A stretch of DNA of 40,731 nucleotides, taken from positions 1 to 40,731 of the IMG/VR virus record IMGVR_UViG_3300035670_000520. The stretch is one strand, 5' to 3'. Within the stretch, counting starts at the first letter, position 1. Each line of letters begins with the position of its first letter. Origin of the DNA: a virus. The notes below the pieces were generated by a model. The model did no database searches, was not told the origin of the DNA, and worked only from the letters and a program-made list of their open reading frames with translations. Below are positions 15,605 to 25,095 of the stretch, in pieces. The translations under genes and the position numbers were made by a program.

Positions 15605-15934
15605 ATGCAGATGAACAATGAGCATCAGGCGCTCGCTGATGTGCCCCTGTGGCTGTTGGTGCTGCTGAGCATGGCTGGCCTCTCGGGTGAAATGTTGCGT
15701 GCCTCGGGTGCTGATTTGAGTCTCCGGCAAATTCTGCAACGGGTAGCTCTGCGGTTTCTCGCATCAGGGCTGCTCGGCATGGCTACGCTGCTGTTGGCCA
15801 TGGCCCTCTGGAGCAATCTCTATCTAGCTGCTGGCCTGGGAATTGTGATCGCAGTGATTGGTGCGGATGTCGCCGGAGGCCTTTACACCCAGTTCCTGGC
15901 CAAGCGCGCCGGGGTTTCCACCGAAGAGCGTTGA
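15605..15934 (+). CDS. Putative class I holin (three TMDs, charged C-terminus)
   Basis: Three hydrophobic segments (VPLWLLVLLSMAGL, LASGLLGMATLLLAMALW, LAAGLGIVIAVIGADVAGGL) then KRAGVSTEER. MQM dual ATGs at 15605 and 15611, the second 6 nt after GAGGA. Confidence 0.6.
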   Translation: MQMNNEHQALADVPLWLLVLLSMAGLSGEMLRASGADLSLRQILQRVALRFLASGLLGMATLLLAMALWSNLYLAAGLGIVIAVIGADVAGGLYTQFLAKRAGVSTEER

Positions 15935-15944
15935 GGGCTGGTCA

Positions 15945-16685
15945 ATGATTGATCTTAAGCTGAATGTGGGAAGCGTTCCGCTTGCTCGCGAGATCTCGGA
16001 CATCCAGCGAAAGCAAATACCCTTTGCCTTGATTCTCGCGCAGACGCGCCTGGCCACCAAGCGCATCAAGCCGGGCATTACCGAGGTCATGGCCAAGCGA
16101 CTGGATCGGCCGACGCCGACCACCATGCGCAGTCTGTTCGCCCAGGCGGCGACCAAGAGTCGCGGCGCGAAAGTCTGGTTCAAGGATCAATGGACCACGG
16201 GCATACCCGCAGACACCTACCTGCAGCAAGCGGTGCAGGGTGGGGCCCGACCGCATAAGCGCTTTGAGAAATCGCTGATCGCCCAGGGCCTGATGAAGGT
16301 CGGGCAGTACGCGGTGCCCAATCCTGGGCTGTTGAACCAGTACGGCAACGTCTCGCGTGGCGTGATGACCCGCATCTTGTCAGGCCTTGGCGCTGCCGAG
16401 GGGCGACGCGGCTATCAGGCCAATGCCACTGGCAGCAAGCGCAGTCGTCGCAAGGGTAACGCTGAGCGCTATTTCGTCGGCACAGTCGGCGAAGAGTCAG
16501 GCGTATGGGAGCGCAAGGCTTCGGCGTTTGGTGATGGCGTCAAACCGGTGTTCCTCTACACCAACAGCGCGCCGCAGTACCGCGTCATTTTCCCGTTCTT
16601 CAAGATCGGCGAGAACATCGCCAAGGCGCACGGGCAGACCGAGCTGGCCGCAGCTCTGCGCGAGGCGATCCTAACCGCGAACTGA
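15945..16685 (+). CDS. Hypothetical phage protein, 246 aa
   Basis: ATG at 15945 (MIDLKLNVG...); basic protein upstream of the packaging genes; no motif recognised. Confidence 0.65.
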   Translation: MIDLKLNVGSVPLAREISDIQRKQIPFALILAQTRLATKRIKPGITEVMAKRLDRPTPTTMRSLFAQAATKSRGAKVWFKDQWTTGIPADTYLQQAVQGGARPHKRFEKSLIAQGLMKVGQYAVPNPGLLNQYGNVSRGVMTRILSGLGAAEGRRGYQANATGSKRSRRKGNAERYFVGTVGEESGVWERKASAFGDGVKPVFLYTNSAPQYRVIFPFFKIGENIAKAHGQTELAAALREAILTAN

Positions 16686-16843
16686 AGTCGCGCGAGGCGC
16701 GGCAGGCCCCCAGCACCCCTGGGGCGCCATCCCCCACCCCCCGGCAACGGGTCCTCCCGGACCGGCCGGGCATAGGGGGTAATTCGGGCCCCGCTCATTC
16801 GCTACTTACGACCCTTTTGCAGAGGTTGGTTGTTGTTTCGACT
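16686..16843. other. Candidate cos region
   Basis: Non-coding G/C-run-rich segment (CCCCCACCCCCC, CCCCAG..CTGGGG, CCGGACCGGCCGG) directly upstream of a Nu1-type small terminase, the position of cos in lambda. Confidence 0.35.
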
Positions 16844-17389
16844 ATGGCTAATCCATCCATTACCCGGCAGCCGTACTGGCTGAACAAGAAACGCATGGCC
16901 GAAAGCCTCGGTATTTCGGTTCAAGCCTTTGACAAATGGGGCGTCGAGCCGGTCGCGAAGATCGGCCGAGAAGCGTTTTACGACACCCGCGCAGTGCTGG
17001 ATAACCGCCTGCAGCACCAAAGCGGCAAACAGCAACCAGGGGCCGACGAAATCGATCCGCTCATTGGTTACAAGATTGATTGCGAGCGCTTGCGCCTGAC
17101 CAAGGAACAAGCGGACGCCCAGGCACGCAAAAACAAGGTCGGCGAGAAGGAGCTGGCTCCGGTCGGTTTCATGGTTTACGCGCTGTCCGACGTGTGCGCG
17201 CAGCTGGCTTCAGCCCTCGACATGACCCCGAAAAACGTAAAGCGCAAGCACCCCGATATCGCGCCCCGGCACCTGGAGGCGTTCGAGGGCGAGATTGCCG
17301 TTACGCGTAACGCGGCGGTCGATCTGGCTGATCGAATACCGAGACTTTTAGATGAATACCTCGCCACTCTGGATGAATCCGCTGGTTGA
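16844..17389 (+). CDS. terS: Terminase small subunit, lambda Nu1 type
   Basis: KKRMAESLGISVQAFDKW (HTH) and ERLRLTKEQADAQARKN parallel Nu1 KKQLADIFGASIRTIQNW and ERHRLTRAQADAQELKN. Confidence 0.85.
   Translation: MANPSITRQPYWLNKKRMAESLGISVQAFDKWGVEPVAKIGREAFYDTRAVLDNRLQHQSGKQQPGADEIDPLIGYKIDCERLRLTKEQADAQARKNKVGEKELAPVGFMVYALSDVCAQLASALDMTPKNVKRKHPDIAPRHLEAFEGEIAVTRNAAVDLADRIPRLLDEYLATLDESAG
17300..17311. repeat. Copy 1 of the 12-bp palindrome GTTACGCGTAAC (inside terS)
   Basis: Read directly: gccGTTACGCGTAACgcg. Confidence 0.95.
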
Positions 17390-19391
17390 GGCCGTTCGGC
17401 GTGGGTTCAAGAACCTGAAAAAAGATCCACCCATGACGGCCTCGGTCTGGGCGGACGAACATTTTTACATGTCCTCGGAGTCCTCCTATGGGGAGGGCAA
17501 GTGGACCACTGAGGCATTCCAGGTGGCGTTGCTCAACGCCATGGGCAATGACCTGATTCAAGAGTTGAACCTGATCAAATCTGCTCGGGTTGGCTACACC
17601 AAAATGCTGGTGGCGAACATCGCCTACAAGCTGGAGCACAAAAAACGCAGCGTGTGCATGTGGAGCCCTACGGACGGTGACGCCGAGGGCATCATGAAAG
17701 AGCACATTGAGCCAATGATTCGCGACGTGCCTGTGATCAAGGCCATGGCGCCCTGGTTCGGCAAGAAGCATAAGCACAACACCATCGAGTCGAAGACCTT
17801 CGAAAACCGCAAGGTGCTGTGGTGGATGGGTGGCAAGGCTGGCGGCAACTACCGGGAGAAAAGCCCGGATGAAGTCGGCTATGACGAGTTGTCGAGCTTT
17901 GACGACGATATCGACAAAGAGGGCTCGCCCACCTTCCTGGGTGACAAGCGTTTGGAAGGGGCGACCTACCCAAAGTCGATTCGGGGATCTACGCCGAAGC
18001 TGGCCGGTAGCTGCCAGATATCGCGGGCGGCCGAGGAATCACCATACCTGCTGCGCTTCCACATTCGCTGCCCGCATTGTCAGACCGAGCAGACCTTGAA
18101 GTGGGGCGGCTCTGACCAGCCGTTTGGGCTCAAGTGGTCCAAGGACGAGCTGGGCCAGGTGGATCACGCGTGGTACCTGTGCGAGTCCGGCAACGGCTGC
18201 ACCTTCGAACATTATGAAATGGTCCTGGCGTCGAAGGCAGGGCGCTACATCTGCGAGAAGACCGGAATATGGACTCGCGACAGCATGGAGTGGTTTGGCG
18301 CGAATGATAAGCCGATTCGCACCCCGCTCCGTGTCACCTTCCATATCTGGACCGTCTATTCGACCTTCACCACCTGGGTGAAGATTGCCGACGAGCGCGT
18401 CAAGGCTGGCAAGGACCGAGGGAAGATCAAGACCTTCGTCAACACGACGCTCGGGGAGACGTGGGAGGAAGACCTTAGCGAGAAGATCGACGCCGAACTG
18501 TTGTACGAGCGTCGCGAGGTTTACGGCTCCCAGGTGCCACAGCGTGCCCTGGTGCTGACAGGCGGCATCGACACCCAAGACGACCGCTACGAACTGCGGG
18601 TTTGGGCTTTCGGCAAGCATGAGGAGAAATGGCTGGTTTACCGTCGCGTGCTGACTGGCGACCCGGCCAGCACCGAGCTGCTGCGCCAAGTCGGGCTGGA
18701 GCTGCACCGCCAGTTCACCCGCGCCGATGGCACCAAGATGAGCGTTATGCGGTGGTGCTGGGACTCCGGCGGCCACCATTCTGAGACGGTCCGGGCGCAA
18801 AGCCGCAAGCATGGCTTGCACTGGGTTATTCCGATTTTCGGGGCCAGCACCTATGGCAAACCCATTGCCAACTTCCCGCGCAAAAAGGACAAGAAGTCGA
18901 AAACCTACCTGACCGAGGTCGGTACCGACAACGCCAAAGAGGTCCTTTACAACCGCCTCAAGCTGCAGCCGGACGGCAATCGTCCGGTACCTGGCCTGAT
19001 TCACTTCCCGGCCGACGATTCGATCTGTGACATGGACGAACTTAAGCAGCTGACCAGCGAAACCAAAAAATGGGTGCTGGTGAAAGGTCGGCGGGTGTTG
19101 CGCTGGGATGCCAGCAAGAAACGAAACGAAGCGCTCGACTGCCTGGTGTACGCCTTGGCGGCGTTGCGTATCAGTCAAGAGCGTTTCGGCCTCGACCTCG
19201 ATCTGCTGGCCAGTCAGAACCCGGAAACCGGGGTTTGGGAGGTGCCAGCAGAACCTGCACAAGCGGCCGAGCCGGACGAGCCACCAGTGCCGGCCGCTTC
19301 GCCGCCGCCGGCGCCGGTGGCGCCGCAACCAGACCACCAGCCTGCCGCCGGCGGCTGGGTTGAAACAGGAGCAAGCGGATGGCTGACGTAG
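17352..19391 (+). CDS. terL: Terminase large subunit, lambda gpA type
   Basis: 679-aa ORF following Nu1 with a short overlap; N-terminal WADEHFYMSSESS...GKW...FQ pattern typical of the GpA family. Confidence 0.9.
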   Translation: MNTSPLWMNPLVEAVRRGFKNLKKDPPMTASVWADEHFYMSSESSYGEGKWTTEAFQVALLNAMGNDLIQELNLIKSARVGYTKMLVANIAYKLEHKKRSVCMWSPTDGDAEGIMKEHIEPMIRDVPVIKAMAPWFGKKHKHNTIESKTFENRKVLWWMGGKAGGNYREKSPDEVGYDELSSFDDDIDKEGSPTFLGDKRLEGATYPKSIRGSTPKLAGSCQISRAAEESPYLLRFHIRCPHCQTEQTLKWGGSDQPFGLKWSKDELGQVDHAWYLCESGNGCTFEHYEMVLASKAGRYICEKTGIWTRDSMEWFGANDKPIRTPLRVTFHIWTVYSTFTTWVKIADERVKAGKDRGKIKTFVNTTLGETWEEDLSEKIDAELLYERREVYGSQVPQRALVLTGGIDTQDDRYELRVWAFGKHEEKWLVYRRVLTGDPASTELLRQVGLELHRQFTRADGTKMSVMRWCWDSGGHHSETVRAQSRKHGLHWVIPIFGASTYGKPIANFPRKKDKKSKTYLTEVGTDNAKEVLYNRLKLQPDGNRPVPGLIHFPADDSICDMDELKQLTSETKKWVLVKGRRVLRWDASKKRNEALDCLVYALAALRISQERFGLDLDLLASQNPETGVWEVPAEPAQAAEPDEPPVPAASPPPAPVAPQPDHQPAAGGWVETGASGWLT

Positions 19392-19609
19392 ATGCCGAAG
19401 AAAACTTGACCCCCCAACAAATGGTCGCGCTGTACATGCGGGCCGAGGCGGACCTGGTGGCAGGCGGCAAGGACGTGACCCTGAACGGGCGACGTTTCGT
19501 GTATGCCGAGCTGAACCAGATTCGCGACGGCCGGCTGTACTGGGAGCGCCGAGCAGCTGCACAGGCGCGCGGGGGGCGTCCGGGCTTTGCCTTGGCGAGC
19601 TTTGATTGA
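19379..19609 (+). CDS. Head-tail joining protein, lambda gpW type
   Basis: 76 aa between terminase and portal; the RGGRPGFALASF C-terminus resembles lambda gpW RRRGPAGFYV. Confidence 0.7.
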   Translation: MADVDAEENLTPQQMVALYMRAEADLVAGGKDVTLNGRRFVYAELNQIRDGRLYWERRAAAQARGGRPGFALASFD

Positions 19610-21159
19610 GTGGCATGAACCTGCTGGACCGGGCGCTTGCGCCGCTGTTTCCGGGCATGGTGGCCGAGCGCTTGCGGGCGCGTAACGTGATCATGGCGTT
19701 TGAAGCCGCCAAGCCAACGCGGACCCACAAGGCGAAAAAGCAGAAGGGCAGCGCTGACCGTTCGCTGAATCACACGCTCAAGTCTATGCGCGAGCAGTGC
19801 CGAAAACTGGACGAGGATCACGACATTGTCACCGGGCTGTTTGATCGCCTGGAGGAGCGCGTGGTGGGCGGTTCGGGTATCGCGGTTGAGCCGATCCCCC
19901 TGCACCTGGATGGCACAGTGCACCGCGAGTTCGCCGCCGCTATCAACGCGCTGTGGGGGGAGTGGTCGCTTAAGCCCGAGGCCTCTGGCGAACTGACCCG
20001 GCCGCAGATGGAGCGCCTGGTGTGCCGAAGCTGGCTGCGCGATGGTGAGGCGCTTGCCCAGGAACTGATGGGCAAAGTGCCGAACTATCAGTATTTGCAC
20101 GGCGTGCCCTATGCCCTGGAGCTGCTGGAGGCGGATTATCTGCCGGTCGAGTACACCGACGACTCCAAGGGCATCGTCCAGGGTATCGAGCGCAACGGGT
20201 GGCGTCGCGTGCAGGCTTACCACCTGTACAAGGCGCACCCTGCAGGGCTGCGCGGCGCCCTGGCGCAAAACACCAAACGCGTGCCAGCTGAGCAGGTGAT
20301 TCACGTTGCCTACCGCAAGCGCATTGGCCAAAGCCGTGGCCAGCCGCTCCTGCACGCGGTCCTGATCCGCCTGGCGGATATTAAGGATTACGAGGAAAGC
20401 GAGCGGGTGGCAGCGCGGATCAGTGCGGCGCTGGCCATGTACATCAAGAAAGGTACCCCCGACGACTATGTGCCGGCGGGGCCGGGCGAGACGCGGGCCG
20501 AGCGTACTTTCCCCATTGCGCCTGGCGTAGTGGTCGACACCCTGCTGCCGGGTGAAGACGTGGGCATGATCGAAAGCAACCGGCCTAACCCATTCCTTGA
20601 GGGGTTCCGCAATGGGCAGCTCAAGGCGGTGGCGGCCGGCACGCGGGGCACCTATTCCAGCGTGGCGCGCAGCTACGACGGTACCTATTCGGCGCAACGC
20701 CAGGAACTGGTCGAGGGCCAGCTGGGTTACGACCTGCTGCAGCATGAGTTCATCGACTACTGGTGCCGCCGTGTGTACCGCAACTGGCTGCGCATGGCGA
20801 TCCTGAGCGGGCAGCTCAAGGTGCCGCCAGACGTGGACCCCCGGACGATCTATGGCGCGTTCTATCAAGGCCCTGTGATGCCGTGGATCAACCCGGTGCA
20901 TGAGGCTGACGCCTGGGAAACGCTGATCAAGATCGGTGGTGCTGACGAGGCGGAAATGGCCCGCTCGCGTGGCCGCAACCCGTCCGAGCTTAAGGCGTCT
21001 CGCAAGTCCGAGATTGCCGCCAACCGGGCAGACGATCTGGTGTTCAGTTCGGATGCCTACCACGAGTATTACGGGAGAAATCAACCCAATGAACAAACGA
21101 AGAAAGCGGGCAAGGCTGCCCGTCCTGGGGCCGCGCGGGGCGGTGGCGGCGACGGCTGA
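19606..21159 (+). CDS. Portal protein, lambda gpB family (ATG at 19615 is an alternative start)
   Basis: 517-aa ORF in the portal position after gpW; TTG at 19606 overlaps the upstream stop. Confidence 0.85.
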   Translation: MSGMNLLDRALAPLFPGMVAERLRARNVIMAFEAAKPTRTHKAKKQKGSADRSLNHTLKSMREQCRKLDEDHDIVTGLFDRLEERVVGGSGIAVEPIPLHLDGTVHREFAAAINALWGEWSLKPEASGELTRPQMERLVCRSWLRDGEALAQELMGKVPNYQYLHGVPYALELLEADYLPVEYTDDSKGIVQGIERNGWRRVQAYHLYKAHPAGLRGALAQNTKRVPAEQVIHVAYRKRIGQSRGQPLLHAVLIRLADIKDYEESERVAARISAALAMYIKKGTPDDYVPAGPGETRAERTFPIAPGVVVDTLLPGEDVGMIESNRPNPFLEGFRNGQLKAVAAGTRGTYSSVARSYDGTYSAQRQELVEGQLGYDLLQHEFIDYWCRRVYRNWLRMAILSGQLKVPPDVDPRTIYGAFYQGPVMPWINPVHEADAWETLIKIGGADEAEMARSRGRNPSELKASRKSEIAANRADDLVFSSDAYHEYYGRNQPNEQTKKAGKAARPGAARGGGGDG

Positions 21160-23164
21160 CCCCGCCGCACAGACCTGGTACACGCTGCGCGCATCCAGTC
21201 AGCGCGGCGTGGTCGATCTGATGCTGTACGGCGAGATTGGCGCCTGGGGCATCTCGGCTAACCAGTTTGCCCGCGACCTAAAAGCCCTCGGTGACGTGTC
21301 ACAGATCAATTTGCACGTTCATTCCCCCGGCGGCGACGTGTTCGAAGGCATGGCCATGTACAACCTCCTGCGCAACCACCCGGCGCGCGTGGAGGGCACT
21401 GTGGACGGTCTGGCCGCTTCCATGGGTAGCGTGATCCTGATGGCTTCCAACGTTATCCGCATTCCTGAAAACGCCATGATCATGGTGCACAAGCCCTGGG
21501 GCATTCAGGGCGGGGATGCGGACGAGATGCGCCGTTACGCCGATCTGCTGGACAAGGTCGAGGATTCCCTGGTGGCGGCGTACACCAACAAGACCGGCAA
21601 GACCGCCGAGGAAGTCAAAGCGCTGCTTTCCGCTGAAACGTGGATGACCGGCGCCGAGGCTGTAGAGCTGGGCTTTGCCGATGAACTGGTGGGGGCGCTG
21701 GAAGCCTTCGCCGCACTCAACTCTCAACGCATGCAGGAGTACACCAACATGCCTACCGCTGCACAACCGATGTTCGTCCCGCGTGGCCAGACCCAGCCAT
21801 CGGCGCCGGTCAACCAGCCGGCACCACCGGCCCATCAGCCGCCGGCGAACGAAACCCCGGCACAGATCGAGGCCCGCGTGCTGCAGGCCGAGGCAACCCG
21901 TCGTTCCAGTATCACAGCCGCTTTTGCCATGTTCCCGACCGTCGAGGGCGGGGCAGCCCTGCGTGACGAGTGCCTGAACGACACCAATTGCAGCCTGGAG
22001 TCGGCCAACGCCAAGCTGCTGGCCCACATGGGCAAGTCGACCACGCCGACCGGTAGCCAAGTGCCTGGCCAGCACGGCCACATCTCCAACGGCAACCTGG
22101 TGGGCGACTCGGTACGCGCAGCCCTGGCGGGCCGGATTGGCCAAGCCGAGAACGAGGCCGACAACGCCTATAACCACATGAGCCTCAAGGAGCTGGCCCG
22201 CGCCTCGCTGACTGATCGCGGCATTCTGGTGGCATCGCTCAACCCCATGCAGATGGTCGGCCTGGCCTTCACGCATGACACCAGTGATTTCGGCAACATC
22301 CTGATCGACATTTCCCAAGCATCGGTGCTGGCCGGCTGGGACGAGGCGCCGGAAACCTTCGACCTGTGGACCAAGCGCGGCCGCCTGAGTGACTTCCGTA
22401 TCGCCAAACGTGTGGGTATGGGCTCGTTCCCAAGCCTGCGTGAAGTGCGTCCAGGTGCAGAGTACAAGTACATCACCACCGGCGACCGTGGCGAAACCAT
22501 CAGCCTGGCGACCTACGGTGAACTGTTCTCGATCACCCGTCAGGCCATCATCAACGACGACCTCGATATGCTGAGCAGCGTGCCTTACAACATGGGTCTG
22601 GCCGCGCGCGGCACCATCGGCGATCTGGTCTATGCGGTGCTGATCGACAACAAGCCGATGAGCGACAAGAAAGCGCTGTTCCATGCTGACCGCAAAAACC
22701 TGTTCACCGGCGGCGGCTCGGCGCTTTCGATTGAGTCGATGATTGCTGCCAAGAACGCCATGGCCACGCAAAAGGCGCAGGTTGAGGGTGGCAAAGCGCG
22801 CACCCTGAACATCCGCCCGGCCTTCCTGCTGTGCCCGGTGGCCCTGGAGGATCGCGCCAAGCAGCTGATCCGTTCTGCCTCGGTGCCCGGTGCCGACGTT
22901 AACGCCGGCGTTGATAACCCGATTCGCAACTTCGCCGACGTGATCGCCGAGCCGCGTCTGGACGATGACTCGGCCAAGACTTGGTACCTCGCGGCGGCCC
23001 AAGGGCGTGACACCATTGAAGTGTCTTACCTGGATGGCGTCGACAAGCCGTACATGGAGCAGCAAGAAGGCTTCACCGTCGATGGCGTGGCCACCAAGGT
23101 GCGGATCGACGCTGGCGTCGCCGCGCTGGACTCGCGGGGCCTCAACAAGTCTGTCGGCGCGTAA
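21089..23164 (+). CDS. Fusion of ClpP/S14-type prohead protease, scaffold-like linker and major capsid protein, 691 aa
   Basis: ATG at 21089 with GGGAGA upstream. N-terminal HVHSPGGDVFEGMAMYN...ASMGSVI...MVHKPWG is a Clp-protease motif set; a Pro/Gln-rich linker follows; the ~300-aa C-terminal capsid-like domain is in the same uninterrupted frame. Confidence 0.8.
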   Translation: MNKRRKRARLPVLGPRGAVAATADPAAQTWYTLRASSQRGVVDLMLYGEIGAWGISANQFARDLKALGDVSQINLHVHSPGGDVFEGMAMYNLLRNHPARVEGTVDGLAASMGSVILMASNVIRIPENAMIMVHKPWGIQGGDADEMRRYADLLDKVEDSLVAAYTNKTGKTAEEVKALLSAETWMTGAEAVELGFADELVGALEAFAALNSQRMQEYTNMPTAAQPMFVPRGQTQPSAPVNQPAPPAHQPPANETPAQIEARVLQAEATRRSSITAAFAMFPTVEGGAALRDECLNDTNCSLESANAKLLAHMGKSTTPTGSQVPGQHGHISNGNLVGDSVRAALAGRIGQAENEADNAYNHMSLKELARASLTDRGILVASLNPMQMVGLAFTHDTSDFGNILIDISQASVLAGWDEAPETFDLWTKRGRLSDFRIAKRVGMGSFPSLREVRPGAEYKYITTGDRGETISLATYGELFSITRQAIINDDLDMLSSVPYNMGLAARGTIGDLVYAVLIDNKPMSDKKALFHADRKNLFTGGGSALSIESMIAAKNAMATQKAQVEGGKARTLNIRPAFLLCPVALEDRAKQLIRSASVPGADVNAGVDNPIRNFADVIAEPRLDDDSAKTWYLAAAQGRDTIEVSYLDGVDKPYMEQQEGFTVDGVATKVRIDAGVAALDSRGLNKSVGA

Positions 23165-23184
23165 CCGCAGACCGCACCCAAACA

Positions 23185-23210
23185 CCCCGCCTAAGCGGGG
23201 TTTGTTGTTT
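23185..23210 (+). terminator. Hairpin / partial terminator after the capsid gene
   Basis: CCCCGC-ctaa-GCGGGG followed by TTTGTTGTTT. Confidence 0.6.
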
Positions 23211-23224
23211 CTGGACAGGAGAAA

Positions 23225-23545
23225 ATGGCCATGGCCAAGAACTACGTTCAAGCCGGCGGCAGCATCAGCCTGCCGGCTCCCACCGGCGGCTCAGTTGCCG
23301 GTGTTCCGCAAGTGATCGACAGCCTGGCGGTGATGCCGCTGCAGTCCGGCCCCAAGGGCACCATGATCACCTACCGCATCTGTGATGTATGGCGGGTGCC
23401 TTCCACCCCCGGCTTGAAGTCCGGCGCCAAGGTAAGCGTGCTCGCCGGCGTGATCGTGGCCGACGGGACCGCCGATGCGAAGCCTTACGGCAAGCAGCTG
23501 ACCGACACCGTCGACGGCTTCGCCGACGTGCTGATCGTGCAGTAA
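23225..23545 (+). CDS. DUF2190-family head protein (decoration-protein position)
   Basis: MAMAKNYVQAGGSISL N-terminus typical of DUF2190; lies immediately after the capsid gene; AGGAGA RBS. Confidence 0.65.
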   Translation: MAMAKNYVQAGGSISLPAPTGGSVAGVPQVIDSLAVMPLQSGPKGTMITYRICDVWRVPSTPGLKSGAKVSVLAGVIVADGTADAKPYGKQLTDTVDGFADVLIVQ

Positions 23546-23922
23546 TGGCGCGCCCGAGCTTTCGCGAGCGCATGGCTTTTCGCACCGTCCAAATCCTTGA
23601 GCGGGTGGGTGACCGCGCGACCCTGGAGGACGGCACGCCGGTCATGGGCACCTTCGAGAATCCCTTTCTCGATCCGCAGATGATGGGCAAGGGCGGCAAG
23701 GGGCTGGCGGCGTCAGTCGATGCGGCAGCCGTAGGGGAGCCCCGGTTTAGCGTGCTGGCCGCTGTGGCAGCGCGCTTGCCGAAGGGCTCGAAACTGACCA
23801 TTGACCTGCCGGCCGATGAGGGTGGCGGGAAATACCGGGTGATCCGGCCGGAGCCAAGTGGCGATGGCATGGTGGCCCTGGTGCTGGGGGTTGAGCGTGA
23901 GCGAACCGCAGACATCCGATAA
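23545..23922 (+). CDS. Head-tail attachment protein, lambda gpFII-like
   Basis: TAATG coupling. GTFENPF ... PRFSVLAAVAARLPKGSKLTI ... YRVIRPEPSGDGMVALVLG follows the gpFII pattern (GVFDDP ... PSLFVRTDEV..L..GDTLTI ... WVDRVSPDDGG...LWLG). Confidence 0.55.
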   Translation: MARPSFRERMAFRTVQILERVGDRATLEDGTPVMGTFENPFLDPQMMGKGGKGLAASVDAAAVGEPRFSVLAAVAARLPKGSKLTIDLPADEGGGKYRVIRPEPSGDGMVALVLGVERERTADIR

Positions 23923-24454
23923 CGAGGGGCCGCTGCATGAGCTGACCCAGCTGCATGAAGCCATGACGGCGCGTATCAAGGCGGAAATTCCACAGCTGGA
24001 GCACGTTGCAGACTACCCCGTGCTGGAAGAAGGCATGCCCATGCCGCTGCTGATCTACGCCATGACCAATGTGCAGCCTGGAGAGGATCCAGGCGACGGT
24101 CGGGTGTGCATCGTGGCGACGTTTGAGGCCTGCATTCTGGTCGAGTCGTCGCGCCCCAAGGCGCCCCTGCAGGCGGCCATTCTGGCTACCAAGTTGGCCG
24201 CCTTGCTGCATTACGAGCAATGGGGGCTGGATTTCACCATGCCGGTCGATGGTGTTCAGGCCATGCCAACGGTGCCTATCCCTGAGCTGGCCGAGTGCGC
24301 GGCCTGGGCGGTGCAGTGGCAACAAACCCTTTACCTGGGTGACACCACTTGGCTTTGGGAGGACCAGCCGCCGGGCTCGCTGGTGTTCGCCATCGACCCC
24401 GACACCGGCCCCGGAAACGAGCGCAACTACCAGTCGCCGGAGTCCATGGCATGA
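23897..24454 (+). CDS. Hypothetical neck/tail structural protein (start uncertain)
   Basis: ORF between the head and baseplate genes; GTG at 23897 chosen; ATG at 23963 is an alternative. Confidence 0.55.
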   Translation: MSEPQTSDNEGPLHELTQLHEAMTARIKAEIPQLEHVADYPVLEEGMPMPLLIYAMTNVQPGEDPGDGRVCIVATFEACILVESSRPKAPLQAAILATKLAALLHYEQWGLDFTMPVDGVQAMPTVPIPELAECAAWAVQWQQTLYLGDTTWLWEDQPPGSLVFAIDPDTGPGNERNYQSPESMA

Positions 24455-25053
24455 GCTACCCGACTGCGCAGCATGACCGGATGATTTCCGACCAGGTGAT
24501 CAAAGGGTATGTGGTGGCCGTGGACTTGGCGGCCGGCAGGCTGCGCATGTCGGACGGTACCGACTGGGTCAGTGCCTGGGTGAAGTGGCATGCACTGGCC
24601 GCCGGCAAGGCCCGCCATTGGCGGTCGCCTAGCGTGGGCGAGCAGGGCGCGCTGATCAGCCCGAGCGGTGACCCTGCCCAAGGCACGTTCGTGCCGGGGC
24701 TGTACGGCAATGCCGGCCCCCAGCCGGACAACCGCGACCATGTCGAGGTGTGGCGTTTCGATGATGGCGGCTCGCTGGTCTACGACTGGGAAGCTAACAC
24801 CTACACCATCAAGCTGCCCACGGGCACGGTCACCATCGAGGTCGGCGGCAGCAAGGCGGTGATCACCGACGACACGATCAGCGCCAAGACCACGACGCTG
24901 ACGGCCGAGGCGCAGGCCGCCACGATCAAGGCGCCGTCGATCACCCTGGAAGGTGAGGTGCTGATCAAAGGCCCGTTACGCGTAACGGGCGATATCAACG
25001 GCGGCGGGAAGATCATCGACACCGCCGGCAACACGGCAAATCACAAGCACTGA
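24451..25053 (+). CDS. Baseplate spike/assembly protein, P2 gpV type
   Basis: ATGA coupling; the ...GNTANHKH C-terminus and overall pattern are typical of Phage_base_V; precedes the W-J-I genes. Confidence 0.8.
   Translation: MSYPTAQHDRMISDQVIKGYVVAVDLAAGRLRMSDGTDWVSAWVKWHALAAGKARHWRSPSVGEQGALISPSGDPAQGTFVPGLYGNAGPQPDNRDHVEVWRFDDGGSLVYDWEANTYTIKLPTGTVTIEVGGSKAVITDDTISAKTTTLTAEAQAATIKAPSITLEGEVLIKGPLRVTGDINGGGKIIDTAGNTANHKH
24975..24986. repeat. Copy 2 of GTTACGCGTAAC (inside gpV; extended 20-bp palindrome 24971-24990)
   Basis: GCCCGTTACGCGTAACGGGC. Confidence 0.95.
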
Positions 25054-25054
25054 C

Positions 25055-25080
25055 AGCCCGCATTCGCGGGCTTTGTCTTA
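25055..25080 (+). terminator. Hairpin after the gpV gene (weak terminator or RNA-stability element)
   Basis: AGCCCGC-attc-GCGGGCT followed by TTGTCTTA. Confidence 0.4.
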
Positions 25081-25095
25081 TCTGGAGGACGCCTT

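Noticed and set aside
19171-21183. Very long minus-strand ORFs antisense to structural genes: 19171-21183 (670 aa), 18039-19730 (563 aa), 21299-23251 (650 aa), 29403-31619 (738 aa) and 36511-37662 (383 aa)
   Set aside because: These are typical high-GC shadow ORFs. Their translations are Arg/Gly/Ala/Pro-rich and low-complexity. They lack RBSs and lie opposite genes with clear family signatures (portal, terminase, capsid, sheath, gpD).
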